A stretch of 63,982 nt of DNA, filler included, from Mitosporidium daphniae (taxonomy: Eukaryota): the NCBI RefSeq assembly GCF_000760515.2. It is 12 parts of 12 records of this genome, joined end to end, with 100 filler letters (N's around TTAATTAATTAA, not from the genome) between each part and the next. Parts side by side here need not be neighbours in the genome. Positions count along the whole stretch, not along the records: positions 11,658 to 17,252 come from NW_013546618.1; positions 17,353 to 22,927 come from NW_013546617.1; positions 23,028 to 28,520 come from NW_013546616.1; 9 more parts are not named here. The stretch is one strand, 5' to 3'. Shown piece after piece: positions 12,274-25,630 of the stretch. A model generated the notes under the pieces. The model worked only from the letters and a program-made list of their open reading frames with translations. It was not told the DNA's origin and did no database searches. The number at the start of each line of letters is the position of its first letter. Within the stretch, counting starts at the first letter, position 1. The position numbers and the translations under genes were made by a program.

Positions 12274-13360
12274 ATGTTGTTATTGAAGCAAACCTGTTTG
12301 TGTACATTAGTCATTGCACTAGCATATTGTCTTCCTGCCAAATGCCAAGATACACTTACCATAACGGTAGCAGAACAAGTACCGTTTTATGTATTAAGAA
12401 CACTGGTTTCTACTGGAGATCCATATGAAAAAGGAATGAGCATTCCGGGCTTAGGTCTGGACAGGAATATTGTAAAATGGGCCATCGACCAAAAATTCAT
12501 TCCTAAAAATGTGACGCGAGAGATCAATAGAAACGGTCGCGGCAGATCTCGTCGTCGACGTCCATGCTCCACAATGGAAGAGTTAGCAGAATTTATTCAA
12601 GCCGGCATGTGTAATGAACCAGTATTCGCCGAAAATGACGCTCCTGGAAATGCAGACCAAGCCACAGCAGGTATCCAGCGTATATGTAACCGTTTATGTA
12701 GATTTCACAGCCAATATAGAGGTTGCCAATTCAGGAATGGTCGTTGCAGATGGAAATGTGCAGTCTGTTTCTGACGCTGCGAATCCTCAGAATGCTAATG
12801 CTGACGCTGCGAATCCTCAGACTGCTAATGCTGATGCTGCCAATCCTCAGACTGCTAATGCTGATGCTGCCAATCCTCAGACTGCTAATGCTGATGCTGC
12901 GAATCCTCAGAATGCTAATGCTGACGCTGCGAATACTCAGAATGCTAATGCTGACGCTGCGAATACTCAGACTGCTAATGCTGACGCTCCTAATGGAATG
13001 GTTGAAAATACTGGTTCTGTAGGAACCGGTACAATGGAAACAACACCCGTTCAGCCTGGTGTAGTTTACACAGAAAATCAAGGTGGAAATACACCCAAAG
13101 ATGGATTCGTAAAAATAGAGCCCACAAACGAGCCAGATTACAGAATTTTCGATGATTCGTACTATGCAAGCATTAGCCAATTCACTTCTTGGACCATAAC
13201 TAATTCTACAAAGACAAAAACCGCCACCAGCACCAACAGCACCAAAACCACTTCGACTGATGGGGAAATCGACTCCATGGATTCGTCATATTTTAGCCAC
13301 TCCTTTGCGGTCGTTTCGTTCGTTGGGTCTCTATTTCTTTATGCGATAATCGGAGTTTAA
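12274..13360 (+). CDS. Secreted, probably GPI-anchored surface protein with ADAANPQ(N/T)AN repeats
   Basis: Signal peptide in ORF 12274. A plausible 34-nt intron at 12622-12655 (GTATTC..TGCAG) joins it to ORF 12614-13360, which has repeats, an S/T-rich stalk and a hydrophobic C-terminus. Confidence 0.65.
12771..12980 (+). repeat. Seven 30-nt coding tandem repeats
   Basis: Unit ctgaYgctgcSaatMctcagaMtgctaatg. Confidence 0.95.
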
Positions 13361-13493
13361 AATGATATTCAAATAAAATTATTTAGACAATGCTAGAAAA
13401 CAGGACGTTTTACTGCACAATGTGGCGCTTCGATAAAACACAAGCCTGCAACTTTGATATTCCGCATCCAAAATAAGGGCCATAGGGGGATCG

Positions 13494-14980
13494 TCACAGG
13501 CCTTTCTCGGAAGAATACGCCATAGCTGTTCCGAACGAGCCTTGTACAATTGTCCGATTCTTGATAGACTCATCCTCTGTGAGAGGCTTCAATCCCTGAA
13601 AGTTTTTTTCATGGAGCCTTTGCACGGAAGGCGATTGTTCCCAATCATATTCTATTCGAAGAATATTGGCCGTGGGCTTTGTTGTTTTCCGCGCGGGTTC
13701 GGGAATCTCTTGATGTTCCACTTTGATTTCATCGAATTTATGCGATTCTTTTTGTTCCCGTAAAAACGACTGGAAATCGGCGGTCCACGATGTAAAAAGA
13801 GAAACCGGATCCTTTTCCATCAAATGGCCAACGGAAAGCCCAAATTCATAAGGACTGATGATGGGTTTTAAAAATTCCCTCCCATCGATAAGTGCAGTGG
13901 TTTCCGGACAAGCCACCAAAACGAATACATCGATGTCCAAAAAGTTGGCCAACTTTGCCACATTGAGCTTGCCCACGGATATGGTATATGGCTTTTTGCC
14001 TGCCCTAAGTATCAGACTTTGTAGCTCTCCGATGACAGATAGGTATTTTGCTATGCAATAATAAACGATGATTTTACAAACACCAAGCGTGCCCACTAAT
14101 ATTCCAACAAACGAAGCACCTATTGCGTGCTGGACTTTTGAGTATCTTACGAGTTAGATGATAAATGGAACCTTTTGGAAAGGGACACATTTACGCGAAA
14201 GCCTTCTTCTCGACCTCTGTTTAATTTTGGCGAGTATGAGTAAATGCCTGCTTTTCCCTTGATCGTCATCATTAACGTAATCAAAAAGGACGAATCTTCG
14301 TCCCCGATAAAAAAGATCTTCGAGAAAGGAAAGTGTTCGCAAAACAGGTCTACCTCGGGGATGATTCGTCTATTCAAAAGAGTAGACCGAGGAGAATTTT
14401 CATTCAATAGGGAGGTTGGGTTGAAGACCTTTTCCACTTCCCCATAATGAAAGCTTGTATCAGCACACATGTTGCTACTCAACAAGCCATGAATGGCATC
14501 TAAACAAAATAAAGTAAAATGCCTACCTTGAAAGTACAGGTACTTTACATCTGATAGGATCAAGATTTTCTTTGCACCATCGCCGCCTCCCTCATGTGAT
14601 AATAAGGTCGAAAAGTAAGAAAAACAATCGTTGACATTAAACTCTGTTTCTCCAAAGGCATAAATCACGGGCAATCTTGATGTATTCGACAGACACGTGT
14701 GTCCAAAGTGGATAACCAGCTCACTTCTAATATGTTCTGCCGCCACCTCATCGACACAACAGCTTCCATAAGATGTATCTGCCAAAATAAAAAACTCCAC
14801 GTTCGGGATTTGTTCACTAATGAAGGCATGAAAAGCGGCCGATAGATGGAGTAGATGGTCTGGAAATTGTAGGGACACCTATATTTATTTGGTCAGTTAA
14901 GATACGATTTTGGCCCTTCTCTTTTTGATTTCCGCGCTGATGAGGGAGAATTCTTGCAAAGAACAAACGAGAGGATCCAT
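13494..14980 (-). CDS. DPH2: Diphthamide biosynthesis protein Dph2 (multi-intron)
   Basis: Motifs SLQFPDHLL, ILADTSYGSCCVDEVAAEH and GKLNVAKLANF..VACPE. First intron at 14879-14905 (27 nt). Confidence 0.85.
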
Positions 14981-15029
14981 TGGTTAAATTAATAAATAAT
15001 TTTTTCTTAATTTTGTTCAATCCTGTAAT

Positions 15030-16562
15030 TTAAAAGATACGGACCGGATCAATCCCGTAATTTAAAAGATACGGACTGGATTTGCCGACGCAAACCAAGG
15101 CAATGCTATTCGACGCTGTGCCCTCCCAAGCAATTGCGTCTTGTGTGTTTTTGATCGGGTCTTTATTACAAAGAAGGGAGTTTCTGTCTTTCACATATCG
15201 AATCTGTTCTATTTGATAAAATCGCATTGCATACCAAAATTTTCGGCTCTAGAATCAAGAAGCTTTTGCAAAAGGTCATCGTAGGTTTTCATTTGGCTCT
15301 TAGAAACTTCAAAAAATCGCTTATTATCACTTTTAAATAGTGAAACTAGCTTTTCCGCGTCAACAGGCTTTTCCTCGCCAAAAACGAAAGAAGATGCTTC
15401 AAGTGCCCTTTGATAGTGGTCATCTACAATCAATTTACACAAATCACCTCCACAGACCAGATCAATGACCCATTTAGCGATTTCTTTGTGAGCAATGTAT
15501 AAATGGGGCTCATCCTAGGCGATCAGCGCGAACATTTTACGTTATGTCTGGCAAGGATATGCTTAATTTCCGCGCAAGATAGAAGAGTAAATTGCCTTAT
15601 CCATGTGGACAAAAGCGAGTCTGGGCATCTGATGAAAAACTGCATATTAGCTTCAAAAAATACCTGCAGAATATCATAGGCAGAACAATGCGGGCCCCAA
15701 AGCCAGGTAGCATTTCCGGCAGATTTTCCTAATTTACTTCCCTTGCTCGTTGTAATAAGAGGGAGGGTTAAGGCATATGCCCTGGGTGAGGTGGCATTTA
15801 AATCCGCATTTTCTGATTCTGCTTTGGAAATAAAGTCAAGACCGGAAATCATATTCCCCCATTGATCGCTTCCGCCAATCTACCAATAATAAATGGATGC
15901 AGTACTTGGAGATTGACGCTATACTTATGAAAGAGGTAATAGAAATCATACGCCTGTAAAAGGGCATATGAAAACTCCTGAAAAGTACAGCCGTCGTTCT
16001 TGGCTTTTATTCTTGACGAAACACTAGAAATAACTTGTTACACCAAAGCCCCCAACCTTTCCTTAGTCAAAAGATCTGAGATTCTGACATGCCTACCAAA
16101 GTCTTTCAAAAAGCTAATCAATCCAACTTTCGAAAGCCATTCGGAATTGTCAAGAATTGTGGGGCCGCCATTTGGAGGGGTCAATTTTGAGAACACATAA
16201 CTCAGCTGGGTTTTAATTGACTGCATATTGTTTTTGAAGCTGCCTTGAGAAAGAACAGGCCGTGAAGTAATGGTAAAGGACGGATCTCCAACGAGCGCAG
16301 TGGAGCCACCAAGAATCGCGAACGACGGAATACCAGCATTTGAGGCCCTGGCCAAAGTCAAAATACAGGGAAGATGGCCCACATGCAAGTATGGTGCAGT
16401 GGGATCAATTCCAAGATATACGCCTTTGACGTTACATTCCAACACCTCTAAGGGAGCAGATGTTTGGTGATGTAAGTTTGAAAGTTTCAGGGACTCGATA
16501 AAGCTTTTTGACGCGTGCTCAATGTGGTTTGAAAACGCCCTTTTGATACAATGCAAACGCAT
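15030..16562 (-). CDS. MSY1: Mitochondrial tyrosyl-tRNA synthetase (multi-intron)
   Basis: Motifs GIDPTAPYLHVGH, QIGGSDQWGN and KLGKSAGN. Presequence-like start MRLHCIKRAFS. Confidence 0.9.
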
Positions 16563-16593
16563 GAAAAATTGATTTTTAATTTTAATTCGCCTC

Positions 16594-17252
16594 ATGGTTA
16601 ACCCCTTTGAGCAATGGTTCAGAGATGTTCCCCCGATTACCAAAGTCTATAGTTTGACATGCTTGGCTATAGCCGTTTCACTTGTAAGTGCTACATGATT
16701 TATTAAAATAGCAACTGCGCTTTATAACGCCCCTTGATGTGTACTATCACCCATCGGTTACCTTCCTAAATCTACAAGTACCATTTTTATCTCTCTAACT
16801 GTTTGATCATTAGCTCTGGAGACTCGTTTCAACGTTTTGTTATTTTGGCAGCTTTGGGGTGGACTTTCTTTTCCACATGTTCTTTATGTATTAATGCCTG
16901 CATATCCTAACCCTAGGATGAGATATTTTAAAAATCTTGAAGAAAACACCTATCGAGCAAGAAAAAGCGACTTTTTCTTCTTGTTGCTGTTCGGAATTCT
17001 TTTGCTATTGGTATGCATTATCTGTGCAAGTAACAACGTAGATTATAGGCCCTGTGACCGGCCTTATCTTTTTAGGCTCTCCCCTGACATTTATGCTGGT
17101 ATACCTGTGGTCACAAAAGAACCCAGATGTTCTCGTCAGTTTTTTGGGCCTGTTTGTTTTTACTGCTCCATACCTTCCATGGGTTTTATTGGGATTTTCT
17201 CTCTTGTTGTTCAACAGCTTCCCAACGGTGGACTTCATCGGGATCCTAAAAA
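16594..17252 (+). CDS. DER1: Derlin (ERAD), 3' truncated
   Basis: Spliced product VPPITK..LWRLVSTFCYFG..LEENTYR..VYLWSQKNP..APYLPWV. Introns at 16684-16711, 16778-16813, 16888-16916 and 17011-17041. Confidence 0.9.
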
Positions 17253-17352
17253 NNNNNNNNNNNNNNNNNNNNNNNNNNNNNNNNNNNNNNNNNNNNTTAA
17301 TTAATTAANNNNNNNNNNNNNNNNNNNNNNNNNNNNNNNNNNNNNNNNNNNN

Positions 17353-17415
17353 TGTTGACGTCGGCTATCGATCTCAATGTTGATTTCGGCTATCGATGTC
17401 AATGTTGACGTCGGC
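17353..17415. repeat. 25-nt minisatellite at contig end (~2.5 copies)
   Basis: Unit tgttgacgtcggctatcgatStcaa. Confidence 0.8.
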
Positions 17416-17536
17416 TTTCTTATTGACTTGTGTGTGTGTGGTCCCTCTCTTTGTAGTTTAGGGCTGTAAATTTTAACGATCAATTTTACATCAGCAAAGT
17501 TCGTAGTTGTTAGGGTTGCATTAATCAAGACATTTT

Positions 17537-18724
17537 ATGACCGTTACCTTTAGTGATGACGATGATGATGATGATAACGTTGATGTCGCTACCTTTGACC
17601 TTGAAAGATGCAGATCTCTTTCCGATTCAAATCTAGGATCTGTCGACAGTCGGGGTAGCAACCATGTTGGTTCGAGGCACACTTTTTCGACCTCTCATAA
17701 GCTTACATATCCCGCCCGATTCGCAGGAATTTCTCTCTCATACCCTGGTCGGCCATCTGCCGGGGATTCTGTGCAGTCCTATTTATTGCTTCCCATAATC
17801 CTTGGATTGTGTCCATACTTGCTTTCGGCGGTTTTTGGGGGCGAAACCTTCTGGATGGAACTGTCCTTTCTTGCTCTTGTACTGTTCTGGCTGTACTTGA
17901 ACTCTACGGTCCCTTGGAATCTTTACTCTATTTGTGTTTGCAGGAGAGAGGAAGAGCTTTCCACATTGGATGATGCTTTTAGCGAAGAAAACAAGGGGCC
18001 TGGGAAGAGGAGTAGATTCACCCTTTGGCAGGTATTGGAGTTCATGTCGATTGTGGGGTTGTTCGCCACGCCGTTTGTTGCTGCCTATGGGGTTCTGTAC
18101 TTCCAGGCGTACTATTCGGAGCGGTTTGGCATCGGGTTGCTTTCCACATTCAACGTGCATCTGTTTGTGCTTGCAGGCCTGATAATTCCTCTGCGGTATT
18201 TCTTTGGCCTGGGGTACCCCACGCGCATAACGCGCGAAAGTGCCCCGGCCTTTGTGCCCCGCGACGATGCGGCTATGCTGCCTCTACCGCCAACATATCC
18301 ATCTTCGCCGGCGAGAATGAAAAAACGGTCCCCATCCTCCTCATCGATTGATGATATTTTGAATAGACGGATGGCTAGCTTGGAGAAAGAAATCCGATCT
18401 TTACAGGTGAACATTTACTCTATGAGGCACAGCGTGCAAACAGATCCACGTCAGCTTCAAAACGAATGTAAATTTCCCTTGAACATGATTCCCCTTACAT
18501 TATGGAACATAGCCTTGTATTGCGCTTCGTTCAGCTTCGGCTTGTTCCTATTGCCTTTTAGAATGACAAAGTCTGTTACCAATTTATTTTTAACTCAAAT
18601 TAATAAACTTTTATTTGCAAAGTACTTGCAACGGCCGTGCTATAATGCACCGTCACCTCAACTAAATTGTTTAAATTTTGCATGGTTCGTTCGCTGGGGT
18701 CCCCGGAGAAACAGGCTAGTCTGA
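17537..18724 (+). CDS. Uncharacterised membrane protein with short coiled coil
   Basis: 395-aa ORF with several TM segments (FWLYLNSTVPWNLY; LSTFNVHLFVLAG..PLR). Confidence 0.7.
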   Translation: MTVTFSDDDDDDDNVDVATFDLERCRSLSDSNLGSVDSRGSNHVGSRHTFSTSHKLTYPARFAGISLSYPGRPSAGDSVQSYLLLPIILGLCPYLLSAVFGGETFWMELSFLALVLFWLYLNSTVPWNLYSICVCRREEELSTLDDAFSEENKGPGKRSRFTLWQVLEFMSIVGLFATPFVAAYGVLYFQAYYSERFGIGLLSTFNVHLFVLAGLIIPLRYFFGLGYPTRITRESAPAFVPRDDAAMLPLPPTYPSSPARMKKRSPSSSSIDDILNRRMASLEKEIRSLQVNIYSMRHSVQTDPRQLQNECKFPLNMIPLTLWNIALYCASFSFGLFLLPFRMTKSVTNLFLTQINKLLFAKYLQRPCYNAPSPQLNCLNFAWFVRWGPRRNRLV

Positions 18725-21700
18725 AGAATTTCTTTAAACCCGCGCCCACAGATAAGCTGGCAGACCATGCTGTGCCCGTACTTGGCGCCGAGGGACACCA
18801 AGCCGACATTCATGTGCAATTGTTTAAGAAAGCACCACTTGCCGACACTGGCCTTCACATTGACGATGCATCAATGTCGAGTGAAGATATCATTTTGTTT
18901 TCCCCAAAGGTACCGATGTGTTTTTACAGCACCAGTCAAAACGCAAAATGGTCATATCCGATGACACATTGGAGGATGAGAAAGAAAACGACAAAAAGGG
19001 AAAGGAAAATGCCGCAAATCATCCCGATGCTTGCTCGCATTTTGATACGCTGAAGTTTAAAAACACCTCGATGCTATCGATTGCATCCGTTTTTGACGAG
19101 ACAAAATTCATGGCTGCGGCCGTTGACCCGCTTTATGGCGAGAACGACCCCGCTTTGTGCGATCGCTTCACGACACGCGATGGCGATCAAAATGACGATG
19201 CGGATGACGCGCAGCCGGAAAGATATTCGTTCCTAGTGCAAGTTTTGGATGAAAACAAACGTCCACCTTCAGATCCCAATTACGATTGTAGGACGTTATT
19301 TATCCCATCTTCGGCATATGCCAGATTTACGCCGTTTGAGAGGCAATATTGGGATATCAAGAAAAAGTTTTTCGATGCCGTTGTGTTTTTCAAGAAGGGC
19401 AAGTTTTATGAGCTGTATGAGAACGATGCCGACATTGCTGCGTCCCGCTTTGATTTGAAGGTGACCGATCGGGTTAACATGAAAATGGCCGGAGTGCCAG
19501 AGGCATCGCTGGAGCTGTGGATTCAAAAGTTCATCGATTGCGGCCACAAAGTGGCAGTGGTAAAGCAGCTTGAAAACCAAATTGGCAAGGAAATCCGCAA
19601 GAAATCCTCGGACCATGAAAAGCTGCCTAAAGGTGCTGAAGACTCGTCCATCATTAGGCGCGAAGTTGCCTATGTGCTTACCTCTGCAACGGTCACCGAT
19701 CCTCAAATGATGAATTCCGATTTTTCGACTTTTGTGATGTCTTTAAACTACGAAAGCAGCAATGGAGCCATCGCCATGTTGAGTACGGTATTTATTGACG
19801 TTTCCACATCGTCCGTCTTTTACTGCAAGTTTGAGGACGATGCCAGAAGGTATTATTTAGAAACCCTATTACTCCAAATCAAGCCCAAGGAGATTTTATT
19901 GCAAAAAGATGCCGTCTCCCCCTGTTTGGCTTTGTTTATCCAGAAATTGCTTCCCTCCACGTCCTTGATTTATTTAAAACAAGAGGACGAATTTTATTCG
20001 ACAGAAAGATGCATCAACGAGCTTGAAAAGGGCGGATATTTTAAAAGCATCGTAAAAGCCACCACGGAAGGCAAACACATTTTGTCGAGTAAGTTACACG
20101 TGCGGCTTTTAAACTCCTAGCATCGTATCCGGCATCGTTTGATGCGCTTATTGCCGACGCAATGCTGACCTCTGCTTTTGGCGCGATATTATATTATCTG
20201 AGATATCTGCACATTGACCAGACCATAATACCTTGCATAAAAGTGGCCTCGTATGATTTGTTCCCAAAATCCGCGTCTTCAAAGATCGGTCAAATCTCAA
20301 CAATTTGCCATCCCATCCTTGGGCTAGATGGAAGTTCGCTGGTAAATCTGGAAATATTCCAAAACTCGGTGGATGGTTCAAGCTGTGGCACCCTTTTTGA
20401 TGCGCTTGACAACTGCATGACCCCAATGGGCAGGAGAAAGTTGAGACATTGGCTTGCACATCCACTAACCTCCGTTTCGATGATTAAGGAGCGCCAGGAC
20501 TCCATCTCGCTATTTTGTAAGCCGGGATCGTCTCTGGACAAGTTTATTTCCTCCTATTTAAAAGGACAGCCAGACATCGAGAGGCTGATCTCCAGAGCCC
20601 GATCCAAGCAATCAAGGCTGAAAGAGTATGTTTTGCTGCTAGACTCACTGGCGGTGTTAATATCGTTTCTGGGCAATTTGAAATGCAACGTTGAAAAGCT
20701 TTTAGTGCCCGTGGATGTTTGCCTGAAAAAGTCGTCAAAAATCTTTAAATTGGTGTTTGAAAACTCGCTTGACCTGGAGCACCTTGAATCTTTGTTGACG
20801 CATCTTAGAAATTCATTTGATAGGAAATCTGCCCTTGAGCAGGGCGAGCTTAAATTGAACCCGGGGAAGCATTCCGATCCTGCCTACATCAGCATCGAGA
20901 ACAAGGTATCTGCTGTTGAAAAACGGCTGGACTCCTATGCTTCTCAAATGAAAAAAGAACTCAAGTGCGGTGAAATCCGATTTAAGGACATCGGCAATGC
21001 TATTTACCAACTTGAGGTCCCATCAAAGTACTGCAACAACTTGCCCAAGGATTTCCTATTGATGTCAAAGACCAAAACCGTCCAAAGGTATTGGACACCA
21101 TTGATCAAAGAAAATGTAAAGGAGCTCGAGCAGGCTAGGGAGCTGCGATCGTCTTATTTATCAAATCTGCTTACTTTGTTTCTTGACCAATTTAATGAGA
21201 ACCACCAATCTTGGCAAGCCATCACCGAGATCATCTCAGAAATTGATTGTCTCTATTCTCTTTTCAAGTTTAAAGAAAATAGGCTTCCAATTAGCTGTGC
21301 TCCCGAGTTGGTGGCATCGCCGACATCTTTTTTCCATGCCAATGATTTGGGAATGTACATCAGACAAGTCAGGTATCCATTGATCATTAACCCTTTTCAG
21401 CCTGGCAAACGATTTCATCACAAACGACATTTTTCTCGGCAGGCATTGTAGCGATTCAGGCGATACACACCCACAGGCTGTCATTTTAACGGGCCCAAAC
21501 ATGGGTGGAAAGTCTACCCTTTTACGTCAAGTAAGTGGGCATTTGGTAACGTATTGATAGATTTGCCTTTGTGTGATTTTGGCACAGCTGGGCAGCTTTG
21601 TTCCTGCCACGTCCTTGAAAATGTCCGTTTTTGATCGGATTTTTACCAGGATCGGTGCTCAAGACAACATTTTGGCTGGCAAGTCTACTTTTAAAGTTGA

Positions 21701-22303
21701 GCTTGAGGAGACATCGCGAATTTTAAATGAAGCCACTCCCCTATCACTTGTGATTTTAGACGAGCTTGGCCGCGGTACAAGTACCCTTGATGGCCATGCA
21801 GTAGCATACTCCGTCTTTCATGGTCTGATATCGCGAATCGGGTGTTTATCTCTGTTTTCGACCCATTATCGACTTTTGACTTCCGATTTTATTTCTTTTA
21901 TTAAGAAGACCATACCTAAACCGTTGGGGCTGTGGCACATGAGCTGCATGATAGACGAGCATACCAGGGATGTGACATTTTTATATAAACTTTCCCATGG
22001 AGTATGTCCAAAGAGCTATGGGATGAATGTGGCCCGTCTTGCTGGAATTCCAGAATCGGTACACGCTCCTCCATCTTATTCTTTTAGATTATTGAGAGGT
22101 CACATCAGATTTCTGAACAGCATTGCATCGCTGTCGCAGAAGAGATAACAACTGCTGAGCGCGATTTTCCGGCATACCTTCCTTTTGATATAATCAATTC
22201 GATTGGGCACGATTTGAAGCTTACTTTATTAATAAATGCCTTTTACTCGTACTCTGGCACCAATTTCTATTTGTGGCCGTGGCGGTGGCCATTTAGAGGG
22301 TGA
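18682..22303 (+). CDS. MSH6: DNA mismatch repair protein Msh6 (multi-intron)
   Basis: N-terminal PIP box QASLKNFF. Motifs [45 protein letters not shown] and [12 protein letters not shown]. Confidence 0.93.
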
Positions 22304-22715
22304 AGTCGGCGGGCTTTACATAGAGGACCCTGAACAGGAAAAATCATGCCTGCACCTTTGGCAATGTTTGACCGAGTATCGAGCTGATTAAGCTTTCAAT
22401 CGGCAGCAAGGTTAGCACAGTCGACCATTTTCTGCATAGTCATCCAATCGGTAATTTTTATTGCCATTTTACTTTAAACCATTTGGGTTGACATTGACAT
22501 TGATCCGAGTATCAGCTGCTATATTTGAAAGCGCGTCTTTGTGAGCGCGAATAGCCAGATTTCGTAACTCTGGAATGTTTCAAGGTGCTCCATTATCAAT
22601 TTGTTATGCTTACAATGTTGCTTCGTTAGGATCCATGACGTTTAGCTGAGGTTTTTGCTAAACATTCATAGTATTTTGAAATTTAATAGAAGGGGTAATC
22701 TCGGCTAGAGTAGGG

Positions 22716-22927
22716 TTACCAGTTAGAGAGGTTAGAGAGGTTAGAAGAGTTAGAGGCAGAAGCTTGAGCTGGGGTAGAAGCAGGATCTTGAGCTGGGGTA
22801 GAAGCAGGAGCTTGGGCTTGGTTAGAAGGGTTATAAGCAGGAGCTTGGGCTTGGTTAGAAGGGTTATAAGCAGGAGCTTGGGCTTGGTTAGAAGGGTTAT
22901 AAGCAGGAGCTTGGGCTTGGTTAGAAG
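22716..22927 (-). CDS. C-terminal fragment of the secreted PSNQAQAPAYN-repeat protein (continuation of 54923-55789)
   Basis: Same 33-nt repeat as at 55650-55789, read on the minus strand and ending SNLSNW-stop. Confidence 0.7.
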
Positions 22928-23027
22928 NNNNNNNNNNNNNNNNNNNNNNNNNNNNNNNNNNNNNNNNNNNNTTAATTAATTAANNNNNNNNNNNNNNNNN
23001 NNNNNNNNNNNNNNNNNNNNNNNNNNN

Positions 23028-25597
23028 ATCGAAAAATGTGTAGCTACCAACTTCAGAAAGGCGAGTAATATACTTTAATGCCATATACAAAGAGGCTTTT
23101 AATCGCAGTTCCGGGACATTGTGATTCTTAAGATACAAAACGAAAACGGAACTCGGCGGTACATTTCGAAATATATCACCGGGTAACGCTACACATTTTT
23201 CGATGAAATGCGAAAAAAATATAATGGCGTCTGATGTGTACTTTTCTGAATAATTAATCGCTGGCAAAAACTCGAACAACTTGACCAAAAAAGATTCTAT
23301 TACTCTCATATTTGGCTCTTGGAATAAAAATTCGGTAAAGGTATATGATGCCTTTGGAACAAACAAGTTGTCGTCCAAGCTTAGCAGAGAATCTAAAAAT
23401 TGTGCCAATATTTGTGGAGTCAGGATTTCCCTTAACACAGAGGTTGGAAATTGGCTAAAAACCTGGCTTTGCGTATGACAAAACGAAGACTCACAAGCAG
23501 AAATCAAGTCTTTTCCAAATTGACAAACAAATTGAAATGCTAGCGGATAGGCTTCCGGGAAAGATGCTAGAGAATTCAATTGACTTGTAATGTCCGTGTC
23601 AACATCAACAAAAGACGTGCATTTTTCAATAAAGTATTCTGGAAAGTAAATATGATGCGGTATACCTTTTAAAACAATCTTAAAAGACGAAAGAGCCTGT
23701 GTTTTTGGCTCATATTCCAAAAAGTATTCAATTGCCTCTGGATTATTAAACAACAGAGTGTCTAGTGGGATTAAAATCATAGTCTACTGAATTGATGTGT
23801 TCGTAACAGCGTTCGCCCTATATCGGGCCTCTCATGAAATGCCATGTCAAGATATATTTCTCTTAAAAAGATCAATTGCATCGACGAAATGGATTCAATT
23901 TTAAATTTTGAAATAGAATATGCGGCAAATGACCTAACCCAGTTCAAGGAAAAGTTTAGTACATTTGGAGTGAGTATCCTAACGATCACATTCCAAAATC
24001 TTTTGAACAGTCTGGTATCAAATGCTTGGATATGATCGCTGATGGAATCCAAATATGTTGACAAAAACGTTGTTCCTGGGAACGCTACCTAAAAGGTTAA
24101 ATGGAAACATCGCCAAAAGCACTGTAATTATAAAACCAGCACAGACAAAATTACAAACCTTTGCTGATAGTAAATTGGAGAGGAACAGATTGATTATATC
24201 GGATTCAACCTCAGCTTCTGCAAACACCTTTTTTCCACACAAAAGCAAGAATTTGTTCTGGCAATCGGCCAAACAGAGCGCAACTTCTCGTTGTTGAGAC
24301 TCGGAAAAAATATTACATTTAGAAAGGGAAGATACGAGAAGGGCCCACCATTTAAGATCAGTACAAAAAGCATAAACGAATTTCGGGATCATTCGAAGAA
24401 TAGAGAAAGATGGTAAAATTTGCCATTTAGAGCATAGCCAGTCATGAACGATTTTAGAGGATTCTGCCACGAGTTTTGGATTTTTTTCAATCAAGGTCCA
24501 GCTATTTAGAATAGGGAAAGACTCAACATAGTCGTCTTTATTGGCTCTTATGAGTATCAATTTGCAAATAAAAATCAAAGATTCATCAGGAACCAATGTA
24601 GATTTGCAGCTTTTTAACAGCGATGCAACATATTGGCAGAAGCATTTGTACAATCCGCCCTTGGTACGAGAATCGGTTAGATACGCAATACACGACCTGT
24701 CCAAAAACCCCGAAAAAAGCTCGGAAATGTTAGAAAAGGTACAAAACTTTGTTTGCATCAAGCACCCAAGTTGAAGAATCGAACAAGTGTTCCTTTCTAA
24801 CAGGGGATCTTCAATTTGAAATTTGGAATTTGCGACAATAGATTTCAATTGGTCAAAAACGCAACTAAACATCCTGAGCAACGATTCTTCCGATGACCCA
24901 AATAATTTTAGCATCAACTCAGAATCCTTTTCAAAAGGGAACCCATCCTCTATTTCTATATTTACAGACCGAACATCCTTAGATGCGGAAAGAAAAGAAA
25001 ACGAAGTTCTGGCGGCATCTCTAACGCTTTTTTCAGGATCATACATTAAGATCAGCCAATATGGGAAGATCTCCGTTAGAAAAGGCCAATTATCATGTAA
25101 TAGTTTGGCACTCATGTGAGAGACTACCTTTAAATGGAGCTCAAATAGTTTTGTTCGAATACTATATGATGGATCTTCAGCTAAAGTGATGAACAACAAA
25201 CTAAAGGAAGGGAAAATCGCTTCCCAGAATTCATCAAAACAGTCACATTTTAAACTAATGTCAATGATGGATTGAAGGGCCTTGGATCTAGTTGCATAAT
25301 CCTTCTTGAAAACAGAATTTAATGGGCTCTTTAACTCTTGAAGGAGCCTATTAGATGAAACGTGAAGGTCTTCAATAGGAATACAAAACCCTGCCGCATG
25401 TTGCTGTGTTGAGTTCCTGCCGACATATTCGAATGGATTAAACCGCGTCTCACATGCCTTTCCATGAGAAGAAACTAAGGAAGATAGAGCTCGTCTAAAA
25501 AATTGTTAAAAAAAGATACATACTCACTGCTTGAAACCTTAGCGTTTCCTTTTACGCGGTCTGGAACGGATGGGGTCGATTTTTTAGAAGGGGGCAT
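23028..25597 (-). CDS. LTN1: Listerin/Rkr1 E3 ligase, N-terminal part (3' truncated)
   Basis: Motifs KGNAKVSSS, KKDYATRSKAL, LAEDPSYSIR and PYWLILMYDP, typical of the Ltn1 N-terminal domain. Confidence 0.7.
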
Positions 25598-25630
25598 TGA
25601 AAAATTCCAACTTTATAAATTTTAATGGCA

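Noticed and set aside
12683..12774. Cys-rich defensin-like C-terminus CNRLC..GC..GRCRWKCAVC
   Set aside because: It lacks the CxC of the CS-alpha-beta motif, and the Cys codons arise readily as the shifted frame of the Val/Ala-rich VYVTVYV segment.
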